This document shows positions 39,281-51,622 of a DNA stretch of 64,000 nucleotides, in pieces. Below the pieces are notes generated by a model. The model saw only the letters and a program-made list of their open reading frames with translations, was not told the origin of the DNA and did not search any database. The stretch spans positions 20,214,001 to 20,278,000 of the forward strand of contig NC_087245.1 in assembly GCF_037042905.1 (NCBI RefSeq). The letters are read 5' to 3'. The first letter of the stretch is position 1. Each line of letters opens with the position of its first letter. Made by a program: the position numbers and the translations under genes. This stretch comes from Lytechinus pictus. Its lineage: Eukaryota.

Positions 39281-41806
39281 ATTTAAATCCAATGAAATGA
39301 TTTAACAAAAACATATACCTTTGTATGTATTTCGAGGAACAGGCAGGGGATTTCAGAGGAAATTATCCTAACATAAAACACATATCCTCGTGTAATCAAT
39401 TGGCTAATTTGTCGTCGCGCAAGTAAACGGTTTCGTAAATATCTTATCTCGTTCTGACAAATAATGCTTATGAGAAGCCCTATGCTAGTACTATTATCTT
39501 TGCAACGTCATAATTTTCTCAATTATTGTATATAATTCATTTTTTCATTAAAAAAACAAGTTATAAATCCTTTTTTCTGCCTCTAGATATCCTGGAAGTG
39601 CAACGGTGATACCTTTAAGAAGGAGATGCTCTTTGTGCAGTCTTCAACCTTGATCTGTCACCGTAAGATGTAAGCTTTGTGAAGCTGAGGGGATCTTAAG
39701 TGAATCTTATACCCTTACTTAAAGATCTTATCATGACAGAAGGTTGAAGTGATTGCGGCAAGACCCAATTCATAACGTATTCTCAAGTTGTTCTGTCTTG
39801 TCTGCTACGTGATGTTTTGCACAGATGAATATGTGAATGTCAATATGTCATATGATATAACCTTTCGTCCTCTCATTTGTTTTGCTGCTTGATTCATCAA
39901 CTCTTTCCCCTCCTCAGTACACCACCTTTCCAAAATTCCACATTTCTCTGTTGATCCTCCTGTTCTATTTACCTTTTCTTTATTTCCCTCCGCTCAACCC
40001 CTAAATCTTCTTTGCATCTACATCTTTCTGTCGTAGTGTTCCCTCTCAACAGCTCTTTATAGCTATCAACTACTCTTATTTCAAGTTGTCAATGGCAGAA
40101 TTCTATTCATTCATGAATCAATATACGATATGCTTTGAAAGTACAGCAGCGAAATGGTGCTTTTTCGCGTATCCAGACGGTTTTGAAAGATTGCCTGGAC
40201 ATTGGTCACTTAAAAAGATAGGAATTGACAGAGGAGCCGTGTAGTGTAAGTTTATTATGTAATTGAATAATTGTATGACCATATAAAAAAGATTGGCCGA
40301 AGTTTTTGTGCATTCAAGCTCTTGATACAGTCTAACAGAGTGTAATCTTGCTACGAATGTGATGATAATCATATACTTGTCGTAAAGACTCATTAGAGCC
40401 TTCAGGAAAATGTTACTCGAAAGAACGATCAAAACGGAATCTTGGGCATAATGATATGCGATGGTTTGAAAGAAGAGAAAGTAGAAAATAGACAAAATAG
40501 AAAAAAATGTAGTTTTGGACATCATCTTAGAAATAAAAGAACGTATGATTTGGGACGAGAAAATGGTGACCTCGTTTTGCTATCGAGAGAGATACCCATC
40601 ATTTTACATCTTTGATAAGTGTAGCACAGCATTTTGGCAATCCTCGCAAACTGTGAAAATCATGAAAACTAACTTTAAGTGTTTGATGATCTTCAGATGG
40701 ACACTAAAGGTCAACTTTAAAACAGTATTTATCCAATCATTAAATCATATTAGACATTTCACGCTCTAGCCGTGCAGTATTGGAGTATAATAACGCTTTA
40801 AAAGTTATTTAACCTTCACGCTTAACTCACGTTCTATCGCCTATTTTTCAAGGAGGGTAAATAGAATTATCGTGCATGTTTCGCAAGTACATTGAACGAA
40901 TTTATCAAATTATGTAAAATAGTTTATGCGCATACTAGCACATGTCGGAGCCAGCGGTGGAACCTGTCGTCTGACCGAGCATGAGCTATTACAATCTGAA
41001 AGAAAAATCATCTGGAGTTGCTAGAAGCATATGAAAATATGGTCTTAATATAAGAATATAAAGAGAGAAAATACATTTATTCTAACACATCCTGAAGCGG
41101 AAGATTTGATAATATTTTTTCCTCCTTGAAAGGTTGCATTGTCTGACTGAATAATCAGGAAGCAAAAATTGTGATTTTTTTTTTTCAATTTTAATTTCCA
41201 GAAGATGGGGTGAAAAAGCGGAAAATGTCGAAGATTTTAAAGGAAACGAGGATTTACAACCCCATTCCACTACAGCTTACATCAAATTTATTAAATTCAG
41301 CCTAACTTTTAATGCATGCTATTTCCCTGGATATTAGATAAAAATGTATAAATATTAAAGAGATAATAGAACATTTAGAACATTTAAACTCATATACAAG
41401 AATTGGAATAGATGTTATACGTATAAGATCGATCTTATTCGTATAATTTCGATTTCAAAATCCTCCTACATGGTTACAGATTGGCTATGAAAAAAATTTT
41501 TTGATCAGCATTTCAAAATAAATTTCAATCTGTCTGAAATGTGTATTCTAATGGGAGAATTATCATGGGGAGATAGACATGATCATCTTTGGTAATTCTT
41601 ATACTATGCCAGTAGTAGGATATCCAGTTGGCACTGTTATAGTTATACCACATCATAATTATAACATTTAAAGTTATGTCTTCAATTTCAGTCTGTTCAA
41701 GCATTACAGCTCAGCATCGAAAATGCAGAAGTCTAAAGTAACTACAAAACTATTGATGTATTTCGCAAACCAAATCATTTCCGGAAAAACCAAGGAAGGG
41801 GGGAGG

Positions 41807-42209
41807 GGTAAATTGCCAATTCGTCCACTGCCAACTCGTCCACTCACCACATGGTCTACCTTCATTTAGTCTAATACCATTCCATCCATCAACATTTTGT
41901 CGAACAACCATTTGGTCCAATCATCACGTCGTCTAATTACCAGTTCGTCTATGACCACTTCGTCTCATAACCAGTTGGTCTTATATTCGTTATATTTTCA
42001 TTCATATTGCCCAAACAACACTTAGTCTAATTAGACCAAATGGTATATGGAATAAATGACTATTGGCTCAACTGGTTATTGGATGGAATGGTGAGTGGAC
42101 GAAATGGCAATTAGACCATGTGGATAATGGACGAACTGACGGTAGACCAAATGATAGTACACGAGTTGCCAATTGGACGAATTGGTATTGGACCAAATGA
42201 AAATAAACC
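41807..42209. mobile_element. Foldback-type MITE built of ~15-bp sub-repeats
   Basis: Left arm repeats CCANTT(C/G)GTC(C/T)A, right arm the inverse T(G/A)GAC(C/G)AANTGG. Ends GGTAAATT... and ...AATAAACC. Confidence 0.85.
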
Positions 42210-43958
42210 GGGAGAGGTAAGGGTAAAATATAAGGAAGGGTGGTTACAGGTAAAGGTATAGAATGATGTAATTGTAAAGAAAGATGGAAAAATGTATAGA
42301 GGGTGGGGGAAGGGTAGAGAAAGAGAGAGACGCGCACCCAAAGGAAGGAAGAATAAGGCAAACACATAACGGTAGAGAGGGAGAGAGACAGACAGACAGA
42401 CAGAGAGAGGAGAGGGGGGGGGGTATTTCAAAGATAATTCTCGTTTGCAGACGCCCACGGTGTGTATATATTTATCCCGTAATCATTAATCGTCAAACAT
42501 TGATATTAAGCCGAGGTCAAGTGACATTTTTCCGCCCGTACCTTCACAACTTAGGCCAGCAGAAATCAATTTTAAAACGAGCATTGCGTCACGGAGGAGA
42601 AACTATCAAACCGTCAAAATCGACTTGGGAATTTGATCGACAGACAAGGTCCTTATCGAGGGAAAACCGAGTTAGTTTGTTGTCTACAAAATAGGGTAGT
42701 CGTCATTAGAGATGATAATTACAGAACGATGATGAAGCACATCAGAAGCAATGTTAGCAATTTTGAGAATCACAAAACACGGGGCGACATATCAAAGCAC
42801 AGAAAATGTCTCAAAGAAAACCTTGTCTACATACACAAAATCCTACATGAAAACTACATAAAAATGAGAAATGAATACGCAAAATCTGTACGAACTGTAG
42901 AACGTAAACTGAAAAAGATACATCTAAGCTTATGGTGTTTTATGGAAACTAATTCAATCTTGATCCATATGTTGATGAATCAAAACAAAACAAAATGGAA
43001 AATAGGGTGTGTGCGGGTATGTGTGAATGGGTGAGCGCACGCTTGTGTGAAAATATGCATACATTATTTTACCAACGTTTGAGTACCTATTTGCTTTACA
43101 AGTAGAAGAAGAGACAGTCCAACAAGTGATACGGCTCTGTTGAAAAAATTCAAATGATAGGTTTAGTTGTAAATCAGAACTGACATTTCACTCATAGGGA
43201 ATGTTCATATTTTGCTTACATTATATATTTCAACATCGTTCGACGCCACAAACCCTGTTTAAATGTCTAATTTGCTTCTGAAATATCAATAAGATTTCTG
43301 GTATAATCGCTCCTGTTTGCTCCATCTTATTTTAACTAGGTGTTCAACCGAGATTAACAAACACTCGGTAGTAGACAGGGAATTGGGGTTCGATTAAAGT
43401 TTCCTGATGCCTGTTTGATCAGCTTCATTCAGAAACCAGGTGAGTGACCAGCTAATTCTACCGACAGCCTGACTCAAGGGGGTTTCAATGTTTCCTATCT
43501 CATTATTGCAGCTAAATATCGGCATCCTTTCAAGTTGAAAAGGTGTATATTGTATGATTTTAGGGGGTAATGAACACTATTGTGGGTCATGTGTTGATTG
43601 CATCGATAAGATGCATGCTATAATCAATGAATGAATAGTAGAATGAACTTTGAGGGAGTTCAAATCACAGACAGAACTATCAATTTGACATATTTAAAGG
43701 TCATATGTGCCAGATACAAAAGCTATGATGTTCTGAAATACATATATTACATTCTTACCAAAAAATGCAACCTCTTTTATTTTGTAGGGAGGGGGGGGGG
43801 GGGGGCAGTTCCCTCAACCCTCGTGAACATGCCCATGCTAAACATTGTTTTTAAAGTGACAAAAATTTACTTTGAAAAATAAACGTGATATCCAATTTAT
43901 TTACACAATTATTCACATTTATTTACATTATTTATCCAATTTATCTACACATGAGGAT

Positions 43959-44224
43959 CTAAAAACAAATCAGTCAAAAATGACTAGTTAATAGGGTCAG
44001 CTGGGTGCAACTGTCATTCTAGTCATATTTGACTATTTTCTAGTCATATTTTACTAGAACAGAGATATTTCTATAACTAGAATATATGTCAGAAATGTGA
44101 TTAACATATCAGTTGCACCCGGCTTAAATAGTCAAATCTGACTGAAAAGCCGTAAAAAATAACAAAACAAAAAAATAAAAAGACTACTTGTCTAGTCAAT
44201 TTGACTGACTTGTTTTAAGAATGT
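43959..44224. mobile_element. MITE with TAGTCA/TGACTA sub-repeats
   Basis: AAAACAAATCAGTCAAA / TTTGACTGACTTGTTTT termini; inner GGGTGCAACTG / CAGTTGCACCC. Confidence 0.75.
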
Positions 44225-45149
44225 ATATGCGTTGCATTTTATCCCTTACGTGCTAAAGAAACAGCAGGTATGGCAAGTATGTATTCCTTCTTCTATGTAC
44301 TCAAATCAAATGGTTTGCCATCCTATTACAGTGCATTGCGACAGATTGATGTATTATTTATCTACTTAGGTAATGGACAAGATCAAAAAGGAATAAATGA
44401 AGATCATAGAAGCATGACTCATGATAATCCATCAAAATCCAAAGAGGGAGACAAGTGGGAGACAGGACTATCCGATTCGAAACATATTATGCAGTTTATG
44501 ATTGAGTTCGATTAAATCTTCATAATTGATTCGTTGAATTTGCTATTTTTCTCCAAAAAATAAACAATAATAAGACTTAATTGATTGTCTGACCAAAGAG
44601 TTCGGGAACAAACCCACGAATCAGTAATGGCATGTTATGCAATTATTTAAGAAATTCTCTGAAGTCATTTATCATATATCATTAAAAGTTTTTTAGCCTG
44701 ATTTACAGTATATACATGTACACATAGTCACGAAGTAATTTTTGATACGATATTTAAGAGGATGAATAAGGACTGTAGATTTCTGGAAAAAGGAGTACAG
44801 TTTATCCCATCAAAGTACACTTACAGTACATGCGTGATTAGACTGTTTAATGGCTGCAAGTGAGAGGGATGGGGAGAGAGAGAGAGAGAGAGTGGTGGTG
44901 CTCTAGGAAGGGAGAAGGGGGCTGGAGAAAGATTTAACTGAAATTAAATAAGTTCTACTACTTGTGATTTACTGATGTTAAGGGCAGATACACCTTAAGT
45001 CTAGATTAGTATCTTCAAATATCCGAATGAGACGGGTCATTTTGACTATCTATACTGACATCGTTGATTTTATGGGCCAAGTTTCATCTGATCTCTATCC
45101 AATTCCTGAAGCCAGGAACTTCATATAACACGTTGTCTATATGATGATA

Positions 45150-45210
45150 CTCCTAACAATGTAAATAAAGCAGGTCCGTAAATAGTCCCTTAAGGAACCC
45201 ACACTCTACG
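45150..45210 (-). pseudogene. Ancient CR1/L2-type reverse-transcriptase remnant
   Basis: Minus strand reads VP*GTIYGPALFTL, matching the GVPQGSxLGPxLF RT motif. Confidence 0.5.
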
Positions 45211-46000
45211 TCCCATCTCGCTACTATGCTTATTTGAACAAGCATAATGGATGGTAGAAATAGCAACGTGTATTTCATGTATCCCTGATACGTCAGATAC
45301 AAAATACATCATTATCAACCTCTTAAATATATTATTCATTCTGCTCTATAACAGCTTTAATATACATATCGACAATTCATAGTTACTTGAACTAAAAACT
45401 GAAATGAAACTTTTGATCGTTTGCAGAATCTATACCGGTATTCATGTAGTTTTAAGTCTTATACATTGATAAGCAACACTGTAAATGCCTAGATACTTTT
45501 ACTGAAGGTTTCAGGGGATTTTCCCGGAAAACCGTACGAATGCAGTTGAAATGAGCCATTAAACTACAAAATCATCGTCGTGGAGAAAGACGTCAGATAG
45601 AAGAAAGTGATTTATCTGATACTCAATGTAAAGGAATGATACTTCGAATTATAGCCCTGCAGTTACGTTCACTGTCAGATTGTATCAGAATTTTTAGTGC
45701 ATTTTGTGTAAATGTATGGAATTTTGAATATATTTTTGGAGAATACGTGTCATATGTCATTCCATAGAATTGAGCCCTAATCCTTAAATGAACTAGGAGC
45801 AGTTATACAACTTTCTTTTAGATCCGTCTATACGTATATTCACAAGCATTGCCAGGTTTATCAATTAAGCAGGTACTTTAGGAAACAGTGCGAGGGGAAT
45901 GTATAAGTCTCACTGAAATGCGTTTTCATTTTGAAACTCGAGGAAACGAATATCTCATTACAACATTGGTCAAGGCTAATGCAACTGCCAATTATTTGTA

Positions 46001-47251
46001 CTAACAAAAAACAACTTCACATTCATGGGCAAGCACTACCTACAGATATTCGGTACAGCAATGGGCACCCGGATGGCTCCTTCATTCGCCTGTCTCTTCA
46101 TGACGAAGCTGGAACAGCAGATGTTAGATTCAGCCCCCTGTCGCCCATGGATTTGGTGGCGTTACATAGACGACATTTTCTTCATCTGGACCAGGGATGA
46201 AGACAGCCTCCATACATTCATTGACCACATCAATTCCTTCCACAGGACCATCCAATTCACTTCTGATTTCTCCCAACAGGAAACCCACTTCCTTGATGTT
46301 ACAGTCCAGAAAAAGTCTAATGGTATCACCACTACCCTATTCTCTAAACCCACAGATACCCACCAGTACCTCCACTCATCCAGCTGCCACCCCCGTCACT
46401 GCAAAACCGGCATCGCTTACAGTCAAGCCCTCAGACTTCGCCGTATCTGCTCCGAGGACCCTGATTTTTCCTTCCATGCCAGGAATCTGCAGAAACATCT
46501 CTGTGCTAGGGGCCACGGGGCCAGGGCAGTCCAACTGGCAATTAACAAAGTTCGTTCTCTCCCCAGATCTGAAGTTCTCAAACCAAAAAGTGACAAGGAG
46601 ACCACCGACAGAATACCGCTTGTGACCACCTTCCATCCCAATCTACCCCCTCTCCGCAAAATCCTGTTTGATAACCACCACATTTTACACACTTCTGATC
46701 GTCTCCAACAGGCCGTTCCCGATACTCCCCTTCTAGCATACCGACGCCCACCGAATCTCAGGGACCTCATTGTTCGTGCTGAAGTGCCCTCCCTCACTAA
46801 CCATTCTTCTCCCATACAGCATGGCACCTTCAAATGCACCAGCAACAGGTGCATCATATGTGAAATACACCTTCACGAGGGCGATACTTTCACCAGCAAC
46901 TCTACCAGCCTGTCTCACCAAATCAAGGGCAACATCACATGCACTACCACTAATGTTGTATATCTCATCACTTGTAGAGTTTGTAGGGTACAATACATAG
47001 GGGAAACCAAGACCAAACTCAAGAAACGATTCTACGGGCACAGATCCACCGTCAACACAGCAAAGCTGGACACTCCAGTTGGCCGCCATTTTAACCTCCC
47101 CAACCACTCCATCACTGACATGATGCTACAGGGCATCGAATCTTTAGGTACCCGTCCTGACTCAGTCCGTACTAGCAGGGAGAAGCTCTGGATGAGACGA
47201 CTTCGCACCACCCAACCTCATGGCCTGAACATCCAAGAGGGGAACGACTGA
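46001..47251 (+). CDS. Penelope-like RT (C-terminal part) + Cys-rich linker + GIY-YIG endonuclease, N-terminally truncated
   Basis: LTKNNFTFMGKHYLQ, GTAMGTRMAPSFA, WWRYIDDIF, HFLDV, PPNLRDL, CTSNRCIIC linker, NVVYLITCRVCRVQYIGET, RFYGH, HGLN. No stops or frameshifts; the Met at 46025 is internal. Confidence 0.95.
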   Translation, partial: LTKNNFTFMGKHYLQIFGTAMGTRMAPSFACLFMTKLEQQMLDSAPCRPWIWWRYIDDIFFIWTRDEDSLHTFIDHINSFHRTIQFTSDFSQQETHFLDVTVQKKSNGITTTLFSKPTDTHQYLHSSSCHPRHCKTGIAYSQALRLRRICSEDPDFSFHARNLQKHLCARGHGARAVQLAINKVRSLPRSEVLKPKSDKETTDRIPLVTTFHPNLPPLRKILFDNHHILHTSDRLQQAVPDTPLLAYRRPPNLRDLIVRAEVPSLTNHSSPIQHGTFKCTSNRCIICEIHLHEGDTFTSNSTSLSHQIKGNITCTTTNVVYLITCRVCRVQYIGETKTKLKKRFYGHRSTVNTAKLDTPVGRHFNLPNHSITDMMLQGIESLGTRPDSVRTSREKLWMRRLRTTQPHGLNIQEGND

Positions 47252-48160
47252 TTTTTCTTTCCTATCCACTTTCAATTTATATATACATATGATTTTTCCC
47301 CTCAGCTCTTTTGAATAGTTACATTATAGTTTCTTACTCTACTTTCCTCCCATATCTCATACAAGCTCAGCTCCAATTTTTCCTTCCTTATTCAGGCGAT
47401 ATAATAATTATATATATATATATATATATATTTGTTTTTTCTCCACTCACCTCTTTTAGATTTACCACATTTGCTTATTTACATGTATACTATGGTTTCT
47501 TCATAATACACCCCCTCTCTTCTATATTTGCTTTTACCCTTTTAGGCAATTTGCTTCCTCTTTTTCACATATACAGAATTTTTTTTCTTTCCTACTATAT
47601 AGTCTTATGTTTTTTCCCGTCACACCTAGCGGATTACCATATCAGTTACACCATATGTGTATATATTTATATATATTTTTTCATATACATTTCTTTTTTG
47701 GATATATTTATATACATATCACTTATAGATACATATTTACACTTACCTTCTTCTCTTAGTTTGTTTAATGCTTTATCATATATACTTATATGTCTTTTGC
47801 ACATTATCAGTTGTTCCCCATTCTTTTTCTTCTTTCCCCCCCCCCCACTCTTATGCACCAGTTTATTAAGCCTTTCTTTGTAACCTGTTTGACCCACCTC
47901 TCACTAATTCTCTAGTTATTCATCCCTCTATCACTGTTTTGTTCCAGATCCTGTTTGATGTTGCCTGCCTCATTATCTTAATCCCTCTTGGCCTTACTTA
48001 CACTAACTTCCCTTTGTGTCTGCCTACTCCTTTTCTTTCATCCCCTTCACTAACCTGATTGGTCTTCTCTTACTCACTAATGCCCCTTTTGTCTCCTTGT
48101 TTCTAGTGTTGCTGTAGCTTGTTTGTGGTCTATATTATGGTTGTTCCACTTTATATGTTT

Positions 48161-48218
48161 GTCATTTTGCCTCCGACGAAGATTCTGCTAGGATCGAAAG
48201 CTTAGGCCCCTTTTTGAC
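48161..48218 (+). ncRNA. Minimal type I hammerhead ribozyme with variant core (CCGACGA)
   Basis: Stem I GCCT/AGGC (plus GTCA/TGAC); core CCGACGA 48173-48179; stem II GATTCT-gct-AGGATC; GAAA-GC-TT with palindromic AGCT stem III. Confidence 0.8.
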
Positions 48219-51200
48219 TTTATAATTATTTGAACTATAAAATGACTTACTATTCCGACTGTCTGGTTGATATTATGAGCTTAATTAATTATTTAGCGTC
48301 GCTGATCATTAATTTTTGCAAGATCTCTGTCTTATTTTGAAATAAAACTTTGTACTCATAAAATGGAGAGCATGAATTAGATATCGAGGTAAACCTCGAT
48401 GAGTGGGCACCACGGTTCAGTTAAATGAGTACTCTTTATGTATATCTTGTCATCCTTCGCAAGATTTTACGTCACAGAAGCTCTACTTCAAGGGAGAGTA
48501 AAAGACTATAAACATGAACGAGAGCAAATGAATGAAAGATGAAAGGATATAAACGGAAGTATATACTACGAGTGGGGAATAGGTGTAAATCTTGTAAGAG
48601 CATCGTAACGTCAAGGGCACAAACTGGCGCAATCTTAGCTGCTTAGCTACCTCTTCTGCATTCGTTCCCATAAGCATCAGCTTTAACATGCTCGAGTGTC
48701 ATTTTAGAAATCGACTAAAAATATTGCTCTTCAAGGGTCACATAGTCAGCTTTTTCTCTCAGATTCATTCCAACCAAAGCAGATATAATATTGACAGCAA
48801 ACATAGAAGCATTGATGAACATCAACTCTATAGGTACCCCAAGTGACTAAGTAGAGAGGTTTTAATTCTCCATCATTGTGCAAAAGACGAGGTCGTGTTA
48901 CGGGTCTCGACGAGCTCCAAGATACATGTCATAGGTCTGTCATTCGATATTATTTCAACGGAAATTTCGTCCCATCCTCCGTTCAGTTCAACTTTTTTGA
49001 ACAGCATCTTGTGTCTCTAAGACCCAGTTTTGGTCAGATGTACATGTTTCTGTTCAGAGGATGAAGGCATGTCATGTAGCTTACCGTTGATCATCCTTTC
49101 AAGAACGAAAGAATGATATAAAGAATTTTAACGTCCGAAATAACATTTCAGAAATAACGTTACATTTAATTGGACGAGTCTACTCATTCCATAAGATTGG
49201 ATATGTTTATCCCTGTGAAGTAACGTCTGTAGTTCCATTTTCATCCTCATATCGATTTACACCTAAGATGGAAGACGCGTACCGTCAATGAATTAGCATT
49301 TAACACATGAAAACATTATCATTCTTTCAGAATAATTTTTTTTGTAGTATTCAAGATGCAGCAACCTGGAGAATGATACGTCAATTTTTATTTTTAGAAA
49401 ATAGGTTTTAACTCTTGATTAACGATTTCGTTGGTGACGAGCAAATACCATCTCAGTACAGGAGCTTTCGTGTTTCTATTTAGAATTTTATTGAGTTTTC
49501 ACTGCTCAATGAAAGAAATGAATAGAAAAATATTTACGCTCTGTACACGTTACAACTTTTTTCATTGAGATATAAAAAAAAATCCTTTCTTTGTATATTG
49601 GGGACAATATCATTTTTCCAGAAATATCTTTATCATTCTCCATTCGATATTATAGTATGGATGGTACTTTGTTTAGAGTTCGTGGTGGGCGAGTGAGCTC
49701 TATTTATTGTTCTCACTGGAATCTGACACTTTTCCCTCTTTAACTCAATTATTCTCTGGTATCATTCATCGTCGCAATATTTAATAATCGATAAATAAGT
49801 TTGTCTCGACAAACCGGTGGAGCCTGCACTGAATCGATCGATGTAAAACAAAGTATAATTTTTCAAACATAACTTAACTTTCTTCGTCTCAAGTTTTATA
49901 TCTAACATTGACGATCCTACAGGGTCTAACAAGGTTAAGAATATCTTTCTCTGGATGCATCTATAGTTGCACAGCTTCTATTCTTCCTCCTATGCTGGAA
50001 TCTATATTAAGAGCTTAAATCAAACATTGGGAGATTGGCCCATCGTGACGATCTGCGCTTTACTATTCTTTACCCAATTAGACATTTGTGGATACATTAA
50101 GATGGGCCGTTTAAGAATCTCGATTACACATCTGATATGAGGGTATAACACTAATGGGCAGGTCAACATGCTCTCTTCGGGAGACTTATTTTAACATCAA
50201 TGAACAATGACTGGCGCACTGCGAGAAGCAAACATAGTTTCACTCAAATCCATAGTAATTTCACTAATGACGGGGGTAAGATCAATCGGCGGGTAGGAAG
50301 AATCTGTTTTCCGCGCTTGACCGATTTGGCATGATGGTGTCTGTGCATGCAAGCCAAGACTGAAACGGATACCCCCTTTTAGGATTTACATATACATTTG
50401 ATTTATTGTTGAAGAATAACTCTTAATCGCAATATTTTCAACCAGTGATGATTTTTTTTAAATCTTTGAATATACCACAATGCTTCAATTACATTTCAAT
50501 TAAAAATGACGTCAGAAGAGTTTTTTTATTTGAGGTAATGCCTTCGACATGTGCGGATGTTCATGAACATACATGTATTTCATGATATTGTTAAAAAAAT
50601 TGTGTATTAGTTAAAACAACAAACAACCGTATAATTCTCAACCACATCCTGATAGTATGATGTATTTAAGATACATATGCTGCACAATTGTGAACACGGG
50701 TATAAATTCATAATTCTTGTAATTTCTTTCACCTGATTACGTTGTGGTAAACGTTGTTACTTTTCACATTAAACACGGTGCGTCTAATCAGAAGATTTAG
50801 TCATGAAACTACTTCTGAGTGAGAAATAAATTTGTACTTATAAACTCAAATGCGTTATAATTTGGATAGACTGTGCGGTTTTGTATAACACGAACTATTC
50901 CTTGAATATGGGAGCGGAGTTAAATATCGCTTGACGGATAATTTGAAGAATAATTAGTTCACAGTCTTTGAGATGATCAACAAAGAAATACACAGCTATA
51001 TCTGACATGCGAGCGCAAGCCTTATAACTTCGTCATTTTTCATGTGATAAAGTAACCTTTTTTAAGCGTACGTGATTTAAATAGAAGAGTATTCATAATC
51101 CATTTCAAGTGCATGAAGTAAAAAGAAAGATCAGAAAAAAGGGGAAATACAATTAACCAGTTATCCACATTCGTAAGGAAATAAATATTGATTTTGAGGT

Positions 51201-51450
51201 AATAATTCAGATTACACACTTATGTGTTGAAAATAGTTTCCTACATTACCTTCTGAACAATGAGTATATATTTTTTAGCTTCCACTTCATTCATACCACT
51301 ATTGGAGATTTCTTATTATCAATTCCCTCGATTTCTTGAATGACCGATTGGTCTGTCAGAACGGGGTAGATTGATTGGTATAATCTCTAGAATTGTGCTC
51401 CATTGAACCTGACAAAGTATCGCATCGGAATTCATTAGATCACGGCAATG

Positions 51451-51622
51451 AGGGGTCCGTTTCACAAACAGTAATGTTTGACATAGGCCATATTTAAATG
51501 GCCCCGGTCCTCTCATTGGTCAATAAGCCACACAGCACATCCCCTGAGCACGATATGACCAATGTTGTTATTTTAAGTGCGATTTGGAGTCACGCATAAC
51601 TCTTCGTGAAACAATGCCCAAG
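51451..51622. mobile_element. Degenerate MITE related to the GG..CGTTTCA.AAA family
   Basis: GGGGTCCGTTTCACAAAC ... CTTCGTGAAACAATGCCC ends. Confidence 0.45.

Larger units (their letters stand above)
45999..48223 (+). mobile_element. 5'-truncated Penelope-like retroelement (Neptune-type)
   Basis: RT-GIY-YIG ORF, ~1-kb pyrimidine-rich 3' region and terminal hammerhead. Flanked by direct repeat AATTATTTG (45990-45998, 48224-48232). Confidence 0.93.

Noticed and set aside
46162..47107. Overlapping alternative-frame and antisense ORFs within the Penelope ORF
   Set aside because: By-products of the C-rich codon bias of the real ORF; no recognisable motifs.
47311..47897. 190-aa hydrophobic ORF after the Penelope ORF
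   Set aside because: Low-complexity T-rich 3' UTR with a non-ATG start and no domain signature.
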